This document shows, in pieces, positions 9,100-16,640 of a stretch of 20,151 nt of DNA. The DNA is from Thermoanaerobaculia bacterium (lineage in GTDB: Bacteria; Acidobacteriota; Thermoanaerobaculia; UBA5066): assembly GCA_038245905.1 (NCBI GenBank), contig JBBRRY010000048.1, positions 1-20,151 of the forward strand, written 5' to 3'. The stretch's first letter is position 1; the number at the start of each line of letters is the position of its first letter. The notes beneath the pieces were generated by a model. The model saw only the letters and a program-made list of their open reading frames with translations, searched no databases and had not been told where the DNA came from. Position numbers and translations under genes: made by a program.

Positions 9100-11480
9100 A
9101 GAAGATCGCACCTCTCGCGGCCGGCGCGTACGGCCACTTCTCCGAAGACGGCCGGGAATACGTGATCACGGACCCGAGGACGCCGCGCCCGTGGGTCAAC
9201 GTCGTCGCCAACCCCCGCGCGGGATTCGTCGTGAGCCAGACGGGGAGCGGTTTCTCGTTCCTCGGGAACTCGCAGCTCGCAGTGGTGACGCGCTGGCAGC
9301 AGGACCTCGTGGAGGACCTCTCGGGAAAGTTCCTCTACGTGAAGGACCTGGAGAGCGGGGAGATCTGGTCTCTCTCCCCGGCGCCCGTCTGGGCGGCCGT
9401 CGACTCCTTCGCCTGCCGTCACGGGATGGGCTACACGGTGTTCGAGACGTCGCGCTCCGGAATCGAGGCCGAGTGGACGATGTTCTGTCCCGCCGAGGAG
9501 ACGGCCGAGGTCTGGCGGATCACGCTCCGCAACACGTCTCAGAGGCCCCGTATCCTCCGGCTCTTCGGAACCCTCGAATGGTGCTGCGGGGTCACGCCTT
9601 CGCCCCGCCGCGAGTTCGGGAAGCTCTTCATCGAGACGCGCTTCGACGAGGGGCGCAGCACGATCGTCGCGCGCAACCACATGTGGGAGGTCGCGTCCGA
9701 GAGGTTCGGCCACTGGAATACGACCTTCCCCTGGATCAGCGCCTTCTCGACGTCCGAGGCCCTCGTCTCGGCGCAGGGCGACAAACGGGCATTCGTCGGG
9801 CGTTACGGCAGCCTCCGCTCTCCGGCGGCGCTCGTCGGGACGGGGGGCGCCGCGGCATTCGGGAGGCACGAGGACCCGATCGCGGCGCTCGAGATCGAGG
9901 TCGCGCTCGCCGCGGGCGCGTCGCGGACGGTCGGCTTCTCCCTCGCGACGGCGGAGTCGGAAGACGCGGCGCTCGCGCTGGGCTCCCGCTTCCTTCGGGA
10001 CGACGAGAGTCGCCGTGCGCTCGCCGAGGTCACGGCGGGGTGGCGGAGCCGCCTGGCGTCCCACCGGATGGAGACGCCCGATCGGACGTTCGACGCCGTC
10101 GTGAACGACTGGGTACGCTATCAGGCGATCGCGGCGCGGCTCTGGGGGCGCTGCGGCTACTACCAGCAGAGCGGCGCCTTCGGCTTCCGCGACCAGCTCC
10201 AGGATTCCCAGGTCTACCTGACGATCGACCCCGCGCTGTGCCGCGAGCAGATCCGACTCCACGCCGGACACCAGTTCAAGGACGGCTCGGTCTTCCACTG
10301 GTGGCACCCCCTGACCGAGCAGGGGCTCGTCACGAAAATGACGGACGACCTCCTCTGGCTCGCGTTCGTGTCGGCGAACTACATGAAGGAGACGGGAGAC
10401 TTCTCGATCCTCCTCGACGCGGCACCCTTCCTCGACGAGGAGGGGGCGTTTCCCTTGACGGAGCACGTCGCGCGCGCGTTCTCCCGCGTCTTCTCGCGGA
10501 TGAGCCCGCGGGGGATCCCGCTCATCGGCGCCGGGGACTGGAACGACGGGCTCTCGGCGATGGGCCTCCTCGAGAAGGGCGAGTCCGTGTGGCTCGGGCA
10601 TTTCCTCGCGGGTCTCCTCGCCGACTGGAGCGAGATCCACCGCCGCGCGGGACGGACCGCGCTCGCGGACGACTTCGCCGCGCGGCGCGGAGCCCTCGTC
10701 GCTGCGCTGAACGCGCACGGCTGGGACGGCGGCTGGTACCGGCGCGGAACGCTCGACGACGGGTCGGTGCTCGGGGGCGCGGAGAACCGCGTCGGGAGGA
10801 TCTTCCTGAACGCGCAGACGTGGGCGATCCTGAACGACGTCGCGCCGCCCGACCGCGCGGCGGCGTGCCTCGCGGCCGTGAAGGAGCACCTCGTCACCGA
10901 AGCCGGCGCGCTCCTCCTCGCGCCCGCGTTCGACCGACCCGTCGCCGAGATCGGTTACATCACCCGGTACGCACCGGGCCTCCGGGAGAACGGCGGCGTC
11001 TACACGCACGCCGCGACGTGGGCGATCGCCGCGGCGGCGAAGGCGAAGGACGCGGCGCTCGTCGAGAGGCTCCTCCTCGCGATCGATCCCGCGAACAAGG
11101 ACTCCGAGCGCTACGAGGCTGAGCCCTATGTCCTCCCGGGCAACGTCGACGGGCCCGCCTCGCCGCACTTCGGGCGCGCGGGGTGGACGTGGTACACGGG
11201 CTCGGCGGCGTGGCTGCACCGCGTCGTCTCGGAATGGGTCTTCGGCGTGCGGCCGGACTGGGACGGCCTGACGATCGACCCGTGCCTTCCACCGTCCTGG
11301 AGGCGGGCGAAGATGGTCCGGCCGTGGCGAGGGGCGACGCTCGAGATCGAAATCGCCCGTGGCGCGCCGCCGCACGGGGGGACCTCGATCGAGGTCGACG
11401 GCGTCCCGCTCTCGGGAAACGTCCTCCCTCCGCCGGAAGGGCCGGGCGGAATGCGCCACGTCGCGGTGACCGTTCGATAG
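9096..11480 (+). CDS. GH94 glycoside phosphorylase (794 aa, cytoplasmic)
   Basis: ATG 9096 forms an ATGA overlap. Motifs YGHFSEDGREYVI, TPRPWVNV, CRHGMGYT, GFRDQLQD, DDLLWL, catalytic GDWNDG, GESVW, ENGGVYTHAATW and GWTWYTGSAAW are all GH94 hallmarks. No signal peptide. Confidence 0.93.
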   Translation: MKKIAPLAAGAYGHFSEDGREYVITDPRTPRPWVNVVANPRAGFVVSQTGSGFSFLGNSQLAVVTRWQQDLVEDLSGKFLYVKDLESGEIWSLSPAPVWAAVDSFACRHGMGYTVFETSRSGIEAEWTMFCPAEETAEVWRITLRNTSQRPRILRLFGTLEWCCGVTPSPRREFGKLFIETRFDEGRSTIVARNHMWEVASERFGHWNTTFPWISAFSTSEALVSAQGDKRAFVGRYGSLRSPAALVGTGGAAAFGRHEDPIAALEIEVALAAGASRTVGFSLATAESEDAALALGSRFLRDDESRRALAEVTAGWRSRLASHRMETPDRTFDAVVNDWVRYQAIAARLWGRCGYYQQSGAFGFRDQLQDSQVYLTIDPALCREQIRLHAGHQFKDGSVFHWWHPLTEQGLVTKMTDDLLWLAFVSANYMKETGDFSILLDAAPFLDEEGAFPLTEHVARAFSRVFSRMSPRGIPLIGAGDWNDGLSAMGLLEKGESVWLGHFLAGLLADWSEIHRRAGRTALADDFAARRGALVAALNAHGWDGGWYRRGTLDDGSVLGGAENRVGRIFLNAQTWAILNDVAPPDRAAACLAAVKEHLVTEAGALLLAPAFDRPVAEIGYITRYAPGLRENGGVYTHAATWAIAAAAKAKDAALVERLLLAIDPANKDSERYEAEPYVLPGNVDGPASPHFGRAGWTWYTGSAAWLHRVVSEWVFGVRPDWDGLTIDPCLPPSWRRAKMVRPWRGATLEIEIARGAPPHGGTSIEVDGVPLSGNVLPPPEGPGGMRHVAVTVR

Positions 11481-11500
11481 CCCGGGAAGAGCGCGGATCT

Positions 11501-12871
11501 TCAGACGTCGAGGGCGCCCCCCCGGCTCCGGATCACCTCGGCGAAGAAGCGCGCGCTCGCTTTCGGGGTGCGCCGTTGCGTCGCGAAGTCCACGTGGATG
11601 ATCCCGAAGCGCTTCGAGAAGCCGTGGGACCACTCGAAGTTGTCGAGGAGCGACCACGCGAAATATCCACGGACGTCGACACCCCGCGCGATCGCTTCGC
11701 GGGTCGCGCGGAGATGATCCCTGAGATAGGCCACGCGCAATGGATCCGCGATGCCGTCCGGCCCGGCTTCGGGAGGGTCGGGAAAGGCCGCTCCGTTCTC
11801 GGTGACGTAAAGAGGAATGTCTCCATAGCGCGACTTAATCCATGTCAGGGCGTCGAGGAGGCCCGGCGCGTAGACCTCCCAGTCCATCTCGGTGTGAAGG
11901 GCGCCGCTCTGCCGGACGCGAGAGGCGCGGGTGGGGAATGCCGCCGGGTCGTCCTTCACGACGCCGCGCGTGTAGTAGTTGACACCGAGGAAGTCGATGG
12001 GGCTAGGGATGAGCTCGAAGTCACCGTCGGGGAACGGCGACCAGGCCTCTCCGAACATTCCGGGCAGCTCGTCGGGGGTGCGGCCGAAGAAAACCGGGTC
12101 GAGAAACTGGCGGTTCATGTAGGCGTCGGCGCGGGTGGTGGCTCCGGCGTCGGCGGCGGACTCGGACGCCGCGAACTTCGGCTCGAGGTTGACGACGAGA
12201 CCGACGCGGCGCCCACCCTCGGCACGGCAGGCATTGACGGCCGCCGCATGCGCGCGGAGGAGATTGCGCGCTGCGATCGCCGCCTCGAAGAGGCTGCGGT
12301 GTCCCGGCGCGAGGATGCCGTGCAGGTAGCCGCCGTCCGTCACGACCCACGGCTCGTTCAGAGTCGCCCATGTGCCGACGCCGGGAAGCGCGCGAAAGAG
12401 GACGCTCGCGTAGTCCGCGAACCATCCGGCGATGTCGCGGTTCAGCCAGCCGCCCCGGTCCTCGAGAGCCGCCGGAAGGTCCCAGTGAAACAGAGTCGCG
12501 AACGGTTCGATTCCCGCGTGAAGGAGCGCGTCCACGAGGCGCCGGTAGAAATCCAGGCCCTTCTCGTTCACGCGTCCCAGGCCCTCCGGCAAGACGCGGC
12601 TCCAGGAAATGCTGAACCGGTAGGCATTGAGCGACAGGCTCCGCATGAGCCCGACGTCTTCTTCGTACCGGTTGTAGTGATCGCACGCGACGTCGCCGAC
12701 GTCGCCGCCCGTCACGAGGCCGGGTGTGTGCGCGAAGCGATGCCAGTTGCTCGGGCCGGCGCCGTCCGCGAGCGGGGAGCCCTCGATCTGATAGGCCGAG
12801 GTCGCGGCGCCCCAGAGAAAGTCCCTGGGGAATCCGGGGCTCGGCGACGAGCCATCGTGCGGGCGAGGCAA
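11501..12871 (-). CDS. bglA: GH1 beta-glucosidase
   Basis: FLWGAATSAYQIEG, ACDHYNRY, YRFSISWSR, TLFHWDLP, acid/base TLNEP, nucleophile YVTENG, and WSLLDNFEW. TTG start at 12871. Confidence 0.95.
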   Translation of the reverse strand: MPRPHDGSSPSPGFPRDFLWGAATSAYQIEGSPLADGAGPSNWHRFAHTPGLVTGGDVGDVACDHYNRYEEDVGLMRSLSLNAYRFSISWSRVLPEGLGRVNEKGLDFYRRLVDALLHAGIEPFATLFHWDLPAALEDRGGWLNRDIAGWFADYASVLFRALPGVGTWATLNEPWVVTDGGYLHGILAPGHRSLFEAAIAARNLLRAHAAAVNACRAEGGRRVGLVVNLEPKFAASESAADAGATTRADAYMNRQFLDPVFFGRTPDELPGMFGEAWSPFPDGDFELIPSPIDFLGVNYYTRGVVKDDPAAFPTRASRVRQSGALHTEMDWEVYAPGLLDALTWIKSRYGDIPLYVTENGAAFPDPPEAGPDGIADPLRVAYLRDHLRATREAIARGVDVRGYFAWSLLDNFEWSHGFSKRFGIIHVDFATQRRTPKASARFFAEVIRSRGGALDV

Positions 12872-12880
12872 GCGCTCAGT

Positions 12881-13870
12881 CTAGAGCAGTTCCTGCATCC
12901 GGCTCAGGATGTCCACGATCCGCTGCCAGTCGTTCTGGTCGCCTTGAAAGGATCTTTCGCGGCGCAGGACGTTGCTCGTGCGGCGCGCGTCCTCGAGCAA
13001 ACGCGAGACGGTCTGCTTCAGATCGCGCGCATCGAAGGAGTTCGTGTCGAGCGTCTGCCTCAGGCGATGCGTCTCGCTGCTGAAGCGGTCGAGGGGTTCC
13101 GGGGAGCGTGCGTCGCGATCGCCGCGGGGCATGGAGTCGCGGGTGCGCATGACGCGCTCGTCGAGCTCCCTGGCGAGCTGCCGCAGCTCCGGGATGTTCG
13201 GGGCATTGAAGCTCCCGCGCTCGTAAGTGCGCTCGAGCGAGGGGGGCGGCGGAACGGGCTGAACCGGCTGCCCTTCCAGACGGTCGGGAATGCCATTGCC
13301 GTTCCGATCGCTATCGCGGTGATCCCATTCGCCGTGGCCCTCGCGTCCGTAACGGACGTAAGGCGGCGGAAGCTGGACGTCGGCGCCGCGCAGGACCTGT
13401 TGCATGCGGCCCAGGATGTCGATCGCCGTGTTCCACAGATCGTATGTGCGCGGGAAGAGCTGCACGTTGACGACCTTCCGGTTCACGTCGCGCGCGCGTT
13501 TGGTCAGGTCCTCGACTTCGCGCCGAATGTCCCACGGCGAATCGAGATAGCCGTCCATGCGCTGATGAAAGTCGGATGTGCGGCGCGCGAAGTCCGAAAC
13601 CGATGCGAGGAGCCGCACCTGCGAACGGTCGCCGCGGGCGCCTCGGTACGCCTCTCGGTTGAGATCCTGGGCGATTTCGTCGAGCGTGTGGGCGAGCGAC
13701 GCCATCGTCTGGTACTGCCGGCCCCGGAGAGGATGGCGCGAATCGATCCGGTGGTAATCGTCTTCTCCGAAGTGGAACTGGAGAGAAACCTGTGCCGGAG
13801 CGGAAAGCGAGGGGATCAGCGCCGCGCATCCCACCCAGGCAAGGGCGCGCATGTTTGCCGGGAATCTCAT
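12881..13870 (-). CDS. Hypothetical secreted protein (329 aa) with two ~100-aa helical repeats
   Basis: ATG 13870 is preceded by GGAGG (13881-13877). The N-terminus is signal-like (MRFPANMRALAWVGCAALIPSLSAPA-Q) and an internal duplication is visible in the translation. The track start at 14014 overlaps the upstream gene and runs through the promoter, so it is unlikely. Confidence 0.8.
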   Translation of the reverse strand: MRFPANMRALAWVGCAALIPSLSAPAQVSLQFHFGEDDYHRIDSRHPLRGRQYQTMASLAHTLDEIAQDLNREAYRGARGDRSQVRLLASVSDFARRTSDFHQRMDGYLDSPWDIRREVEDLTKRARDVNRKVVNVQLFPRTYDLWNTAIDILGRMQQVLRGADVQLPPPYVRYGREGHGEWDHRDSDRNGNGIPDRLEGQPVQPVPPPPSLERTYERGSFNAPNIPELRQLARELDERVMRTRDSMPRGDRDARSPEPLDRFSSETHRLRQTLDTNSFDARDLKQTVSRLLEDARRTSNVLRRERSFQGDQNDWQRIVDILSRMQELL

Positions 13871-13892
13871 GAAGGACCTCCGAAAACGCAGT

Positions 13893-13909
13893 AGCAACTC
13901 GCGTGCCAG
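13893..13909 (-). promoter_or_regulatory. Sigma-54 (RpoN) -24/-12 promoter
   Basis: The minus strand reads CTGGCACGCGAGTTGCT, matching TGGCACG-N4-TTGCW with exact GG-N10-GC spacing. It is intergenic, correctly oriented and 23 nt upstream of ATG 13870. Confidence 0.8.
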
Positions 13910-13982
13910 ACGATGAGCCGATCCGTGAGCCATCCGGAAGCGGCGGAGAAGGGCAGAGCTGGAGGAACAAGCAACCGCGCTC

Positions 13983-14585
13983 CTAATCCCGCCAGACGCA
14001 ATAGACATGCTCAACGCCGTACTGGCTCTTGCTCTCGATTCCCCGAAAGAGATGCCAGTTCAATCCGGCAAAGTGCGCTTCAATATCATGAGAAGCGAGA
14101 GCGAGGTCGGGCACATCGAGCCCCTTGTCCCGATTGTGTTGCAACTCTCGCGTCGTATCAGAGAACGGCGTGAACAGCACGATGCACAGTTTCCTTCGGA
14201 ATGACCCGACCGCGCCTGTCAGGATCTTTGACCAGTTGTAGTTATGCTCGAGTACATGTCGAAGCAGAATGCCGTCGACCTCGCTTCGGTACGTGGTCAG
14301 ATCGGCCACTTTCTCGGCGAACGGCGTCTGGCTGCCATCGATGCCGATATACGTGCCGCCGCAGAATCGCCGGAATCCTCCCGCTCCACATCCCCAGTCT
14401 TCGATTTCGCGGCACCCGACGAGAAATGCGGCCGCCATGTAGTACGTCGTCGCGCCTCCGTACATCATGCCGCCCGCCGGTAGCCTCCGACCCTCGTAGA
14501 ACCGATTCCATTTCCCGGTATTCACTTCGGCGTCGTAGTCGGCCGGCTCAATCGCTCTTCCGGGTGTCGTCGGTGTCCCTATCAC
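13983..14585 (-). CDS. Class I SAM-dependent methyltransferase
   Basis: Motif I IEDWGCGAGG, motif II YIGIDGS, then VDGILLRHVLEH. The GTG start overlaps the upstream stop (GTGA at 14585-14582). Confidence 0.8.
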   Translation of the reverse strand: MIGTPTTPGRAIEPADYDAEVNTGKWNRFYEGRRLPAGGMMYGGATTYYMAAAFLVGCREIEDWGCGAGGFRRFCGGTYIGIDGSQTPFAEKVADLTTYRSEVDGILLRHVLEHNYNWSKILTGAVGSFRRKLCIVLFTPFSDTTRELQHNRDKGLDVPDLALASHDIEAHFAGLNWHLFRGIESKSQYGVEHVYCVWRD

Positions 14586-15274
14586 GGCAGCCTCGGTTGG
14601 CTGGTGTTTGCGCGACGTCTGTTCAGCGCCCGGCGAACTGCAGTCACGAGGTAGTCACGGTCCACCTCGACGTCGTTGGTCATGTTCGTGGCGTGACGCC
14701 GCCAGGTCAGGACGACGTTCTGGTGTTGTCGCACTCCGCAGAGTGCCTCCGTGACCCTTGCGAGGAAATCGGTATCCTGGGCGTGACGCAGTTCGGGATC
14801 GAAGAGTCCAACGCGCTCGAACACCGAACGGCGGAACAGCATCGAGCCGAGTGCCGGATAGTGTTCCGGCGGCCACCGGGGCGATTCGGCGCCGCTCGGC
14901 TTCTCGTCGGACAGGAAGACGATCCGGGTTAGGCCCCAAAGCACGGCGATGTCCGGCGCGGCGGAGAGCATCGCGCTCTCGGCGGTGAGGCGATCGGGCG
15001 ACCAGAGGTCGTCTGCGTCGAGGAAGCCCAATATGTCACCGCGAGCTCCGGCCAGCCCACGGTTCAGAGCCGCCGGCAGTCCCTCGTTTTGCTCCGACCG
15101 GATCACACGGACCGCGTCTCCGCACGCAGCGGCTTCCTCAGCCGTGCCATCGGTTGACCCGTCATCCACGACGATCAGCTCGACCGGACAGGGCTGCTCC
15201 AGGACCGAACGGATGGCATCGCGAATGAACCTGCGACCGTTGTAAACGGGAATGATCACGCTGAGTCCGCTCAC
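14582..15274 (-). CDS. GT2 family glycosyltransferase (GT-A fold), 230 aa
   Basis: SVIIPVYNG, IVVDDGSTDGT, GLPAALNRG, FLDADDLW. Start is GTG 15274 in a GTGA overlap. Confidence 0.93.
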   Translation of the reverse strand: MSGLSVIIPVYNGRRFIRDAIRSVLEQPCPVELIVVDDGSTDGTAEEAAACGDAVRVIRSEQNEGLPAALNRGLAGARGDILGFLDADDLWSPDRLTAESAMLSAAPDIAVLWGLTRIVFLSDEKPSGAESPRWPPEHYPALGSMLFRRSVFERVGLFDPELRHAQDTDFLARVTEALCGVRQHQNVVLTWRRHATNMTNDVEVDRDYLVTAVRRALNRRRANTSQPRLP

Positions 15275-15942
15275 TTGGGCGTCCTCTGACGTTTCAGGTG
15301 GCCCCGGATCACGTCCAGATACTGCTCGCGTATGCCCTCGGCGGTGCGGGTCATGTTGGCCTCGTGAACGCGGCGGTGAAACACGATCCTCTCTAGTATC
15401 GCCGACTGCGCGCCGCCCTCCAGGGCCCGCGCGTACCATTCCATGAACTCGCCTACCGTTCCGCCCTCCCTAAACACTCCAATTCGGTCGAAGAGCGCGC
15501 GGCGCACGAGTGCGGCGCAGGCGGAATAGGCGGGGAACGGCTCCGCACGCACGCGCCAGCGGCGATCGCCGTCCGGACTCGAAAACTCGACGCCGTGTCC
15601 GAAGACCATATCGACCTCGCTGCGCGCGGCGAGAACGGCCGTCTGACGCTCGAGCTTGTCCGGCACCCAGAGATCGTCTGCATCCAGGAACGCGATCCAC
15701 TCCGCCCGGCTGGCCTGGATACCGCGATTGCGCGCGCCTCCAAGGCCGCGGCGTTCCTGATGAACGGCGTGCACGTCGCCGCCGTAAGAGTCGATGATCG
15801 ACGCCGTTGCGTCTGTCGAGCCATCGTTCACCACGACGAGCTCAACCGGGATCGACTGTGCGAGAACAGACTCTATGGCCTCGTGCACGAAACGCCCGGC
15901 GTTATGTGCCGGAATGACGACGCTGACAGCGGGAGCGGTCAT
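15271..15942 (-). CDS. GT2 family glycosyltransferase, 223 aa
   Basis: VSVVIPAHNA, VVNDGSTDAT, GGARNRG, IAFLDADDLW. Start is ATG 15942 in an ATGA overlap. Confidence 0.93.
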   Translation of the reverse strand: MTAPAVSVVIPAHNAGRFVHEAIESVLAQSIPVELVVVNDGSTDATASIIDSYGGDVHAVHQERRGLGGARNRGIQASRAEWIAFLDADDLWVPDKLERQTAVLAARSEVDMVFGHGVEFSSPDGDRRWRVRAEPFPAYSACAALVRRALFDRIGVFREGGTVGEFMEWYARALEGGAQSAILERIVFHRRVHEANMTRTAEGIREQYLDVIRGHLKRQRTPK

Positions 15943-16640
15943 GCGGGTGAATCCGTTTTGCGCAGGGCGCGCATGCGCCCCCGTTCGAACGCCCTCTTCA
16001 ACGCGGCGAAGGGCGCCCGGTCGACGGCCGTCTCGTCCCGCGTGACGTTTCCTGCATGAAAGCGCCTCTGGCAGACGACGTGGGCGTGACGGTCCACGAC
16101 GAGCCGCCGTTCCGTGATCCGAAGCATGAGGTCCAGGTCCTCTCCCACGCGAAGGGTGGGATCGAAGTCTCCGACCTCGTCGAAGACACTCCGCCGGAAA
16201 AGCATCGAGCCGACCGAGAGGGCCCATTGCGGGCGGCCATGCCAGTCCTCTCGCGGCGGTCTTCCACCGGTGCCGACGACATACGTCGACTGCCCCCAGG
16301 CAACGGCGGCGCCTGGCCTGGCGGCGAGGCTGTCCAGATGAGAGGAAAGGGCGGTCACCGGCCACAGGTCGTCCGCATCCAGAAACGCGATGAGCGGTTG
16401 AGCCGCCCTCCTGATGCCGGCGTTGCGCGCCGCGGCCGGACCGAGGTTGCCCTGGCGGATGGAAACGACGCGCTCAGAGAACCGCCTCACGATTTCGGGT
16501 GTCGCGTCGGTCGAACCGTCGTCGACGATGATGATCTCCCGCGGCGTGTGTTCCTGTGCCAGGACGCTCTCGATCGCCTCCGTCAGGTACCCGGCGCCGT
16601 TGTAGACCGGTACGATCGCGCTCACGCCATCGCCGTTCAC
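15939..16640 (-). CDS. GT2 family glycosyltransferase, 233 aa
   Basis: VSAIVPVYNG, IIVDDGSTDAT, GPAAARNAG, IAFLDADDLW, GEDLD. Start is GTG 16640 in a GTGA overlap with the kinase stop. Confidence 0.93.
   Translation of the reverse strand: MNGDGVSAIVPVYNGAGYLTEAIESVLAQEHTPREIIIVDDGSTDATPEIVRRFSERVVSIRQGNLGPAAARNAGIRRAAQPLIAFLDADDLWPVTALSSHLDSLAARPGAAVAWGQSTYVVGTGGRPPREDWHGRPQWALSVGSMLFRRSVFDEVGDFDPTLRVGEDLDLMLRITERRLVVDRHAHVVCQRRFHAGNVTRDETAVDRAPFAALKRAFERGRMRALRKTDSPA

Noticed and set aside
11481-11500. Bidirectional intrinsic terminator between GH94 and GH1
   Set aside because: 20-bp gap with no convincing stem-loop or U-tract.
8889-11657. 922-aa antisense ORF over GH94 (likewise 1098..2903, 7663..9111 and 11183..13894)
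   Set aside because: Shadow frames expected in high-GC coding DNA. They are Arg/Gly/Ala/Val-biased, have no recognisable motifs, and lie opposite well-supported genes.
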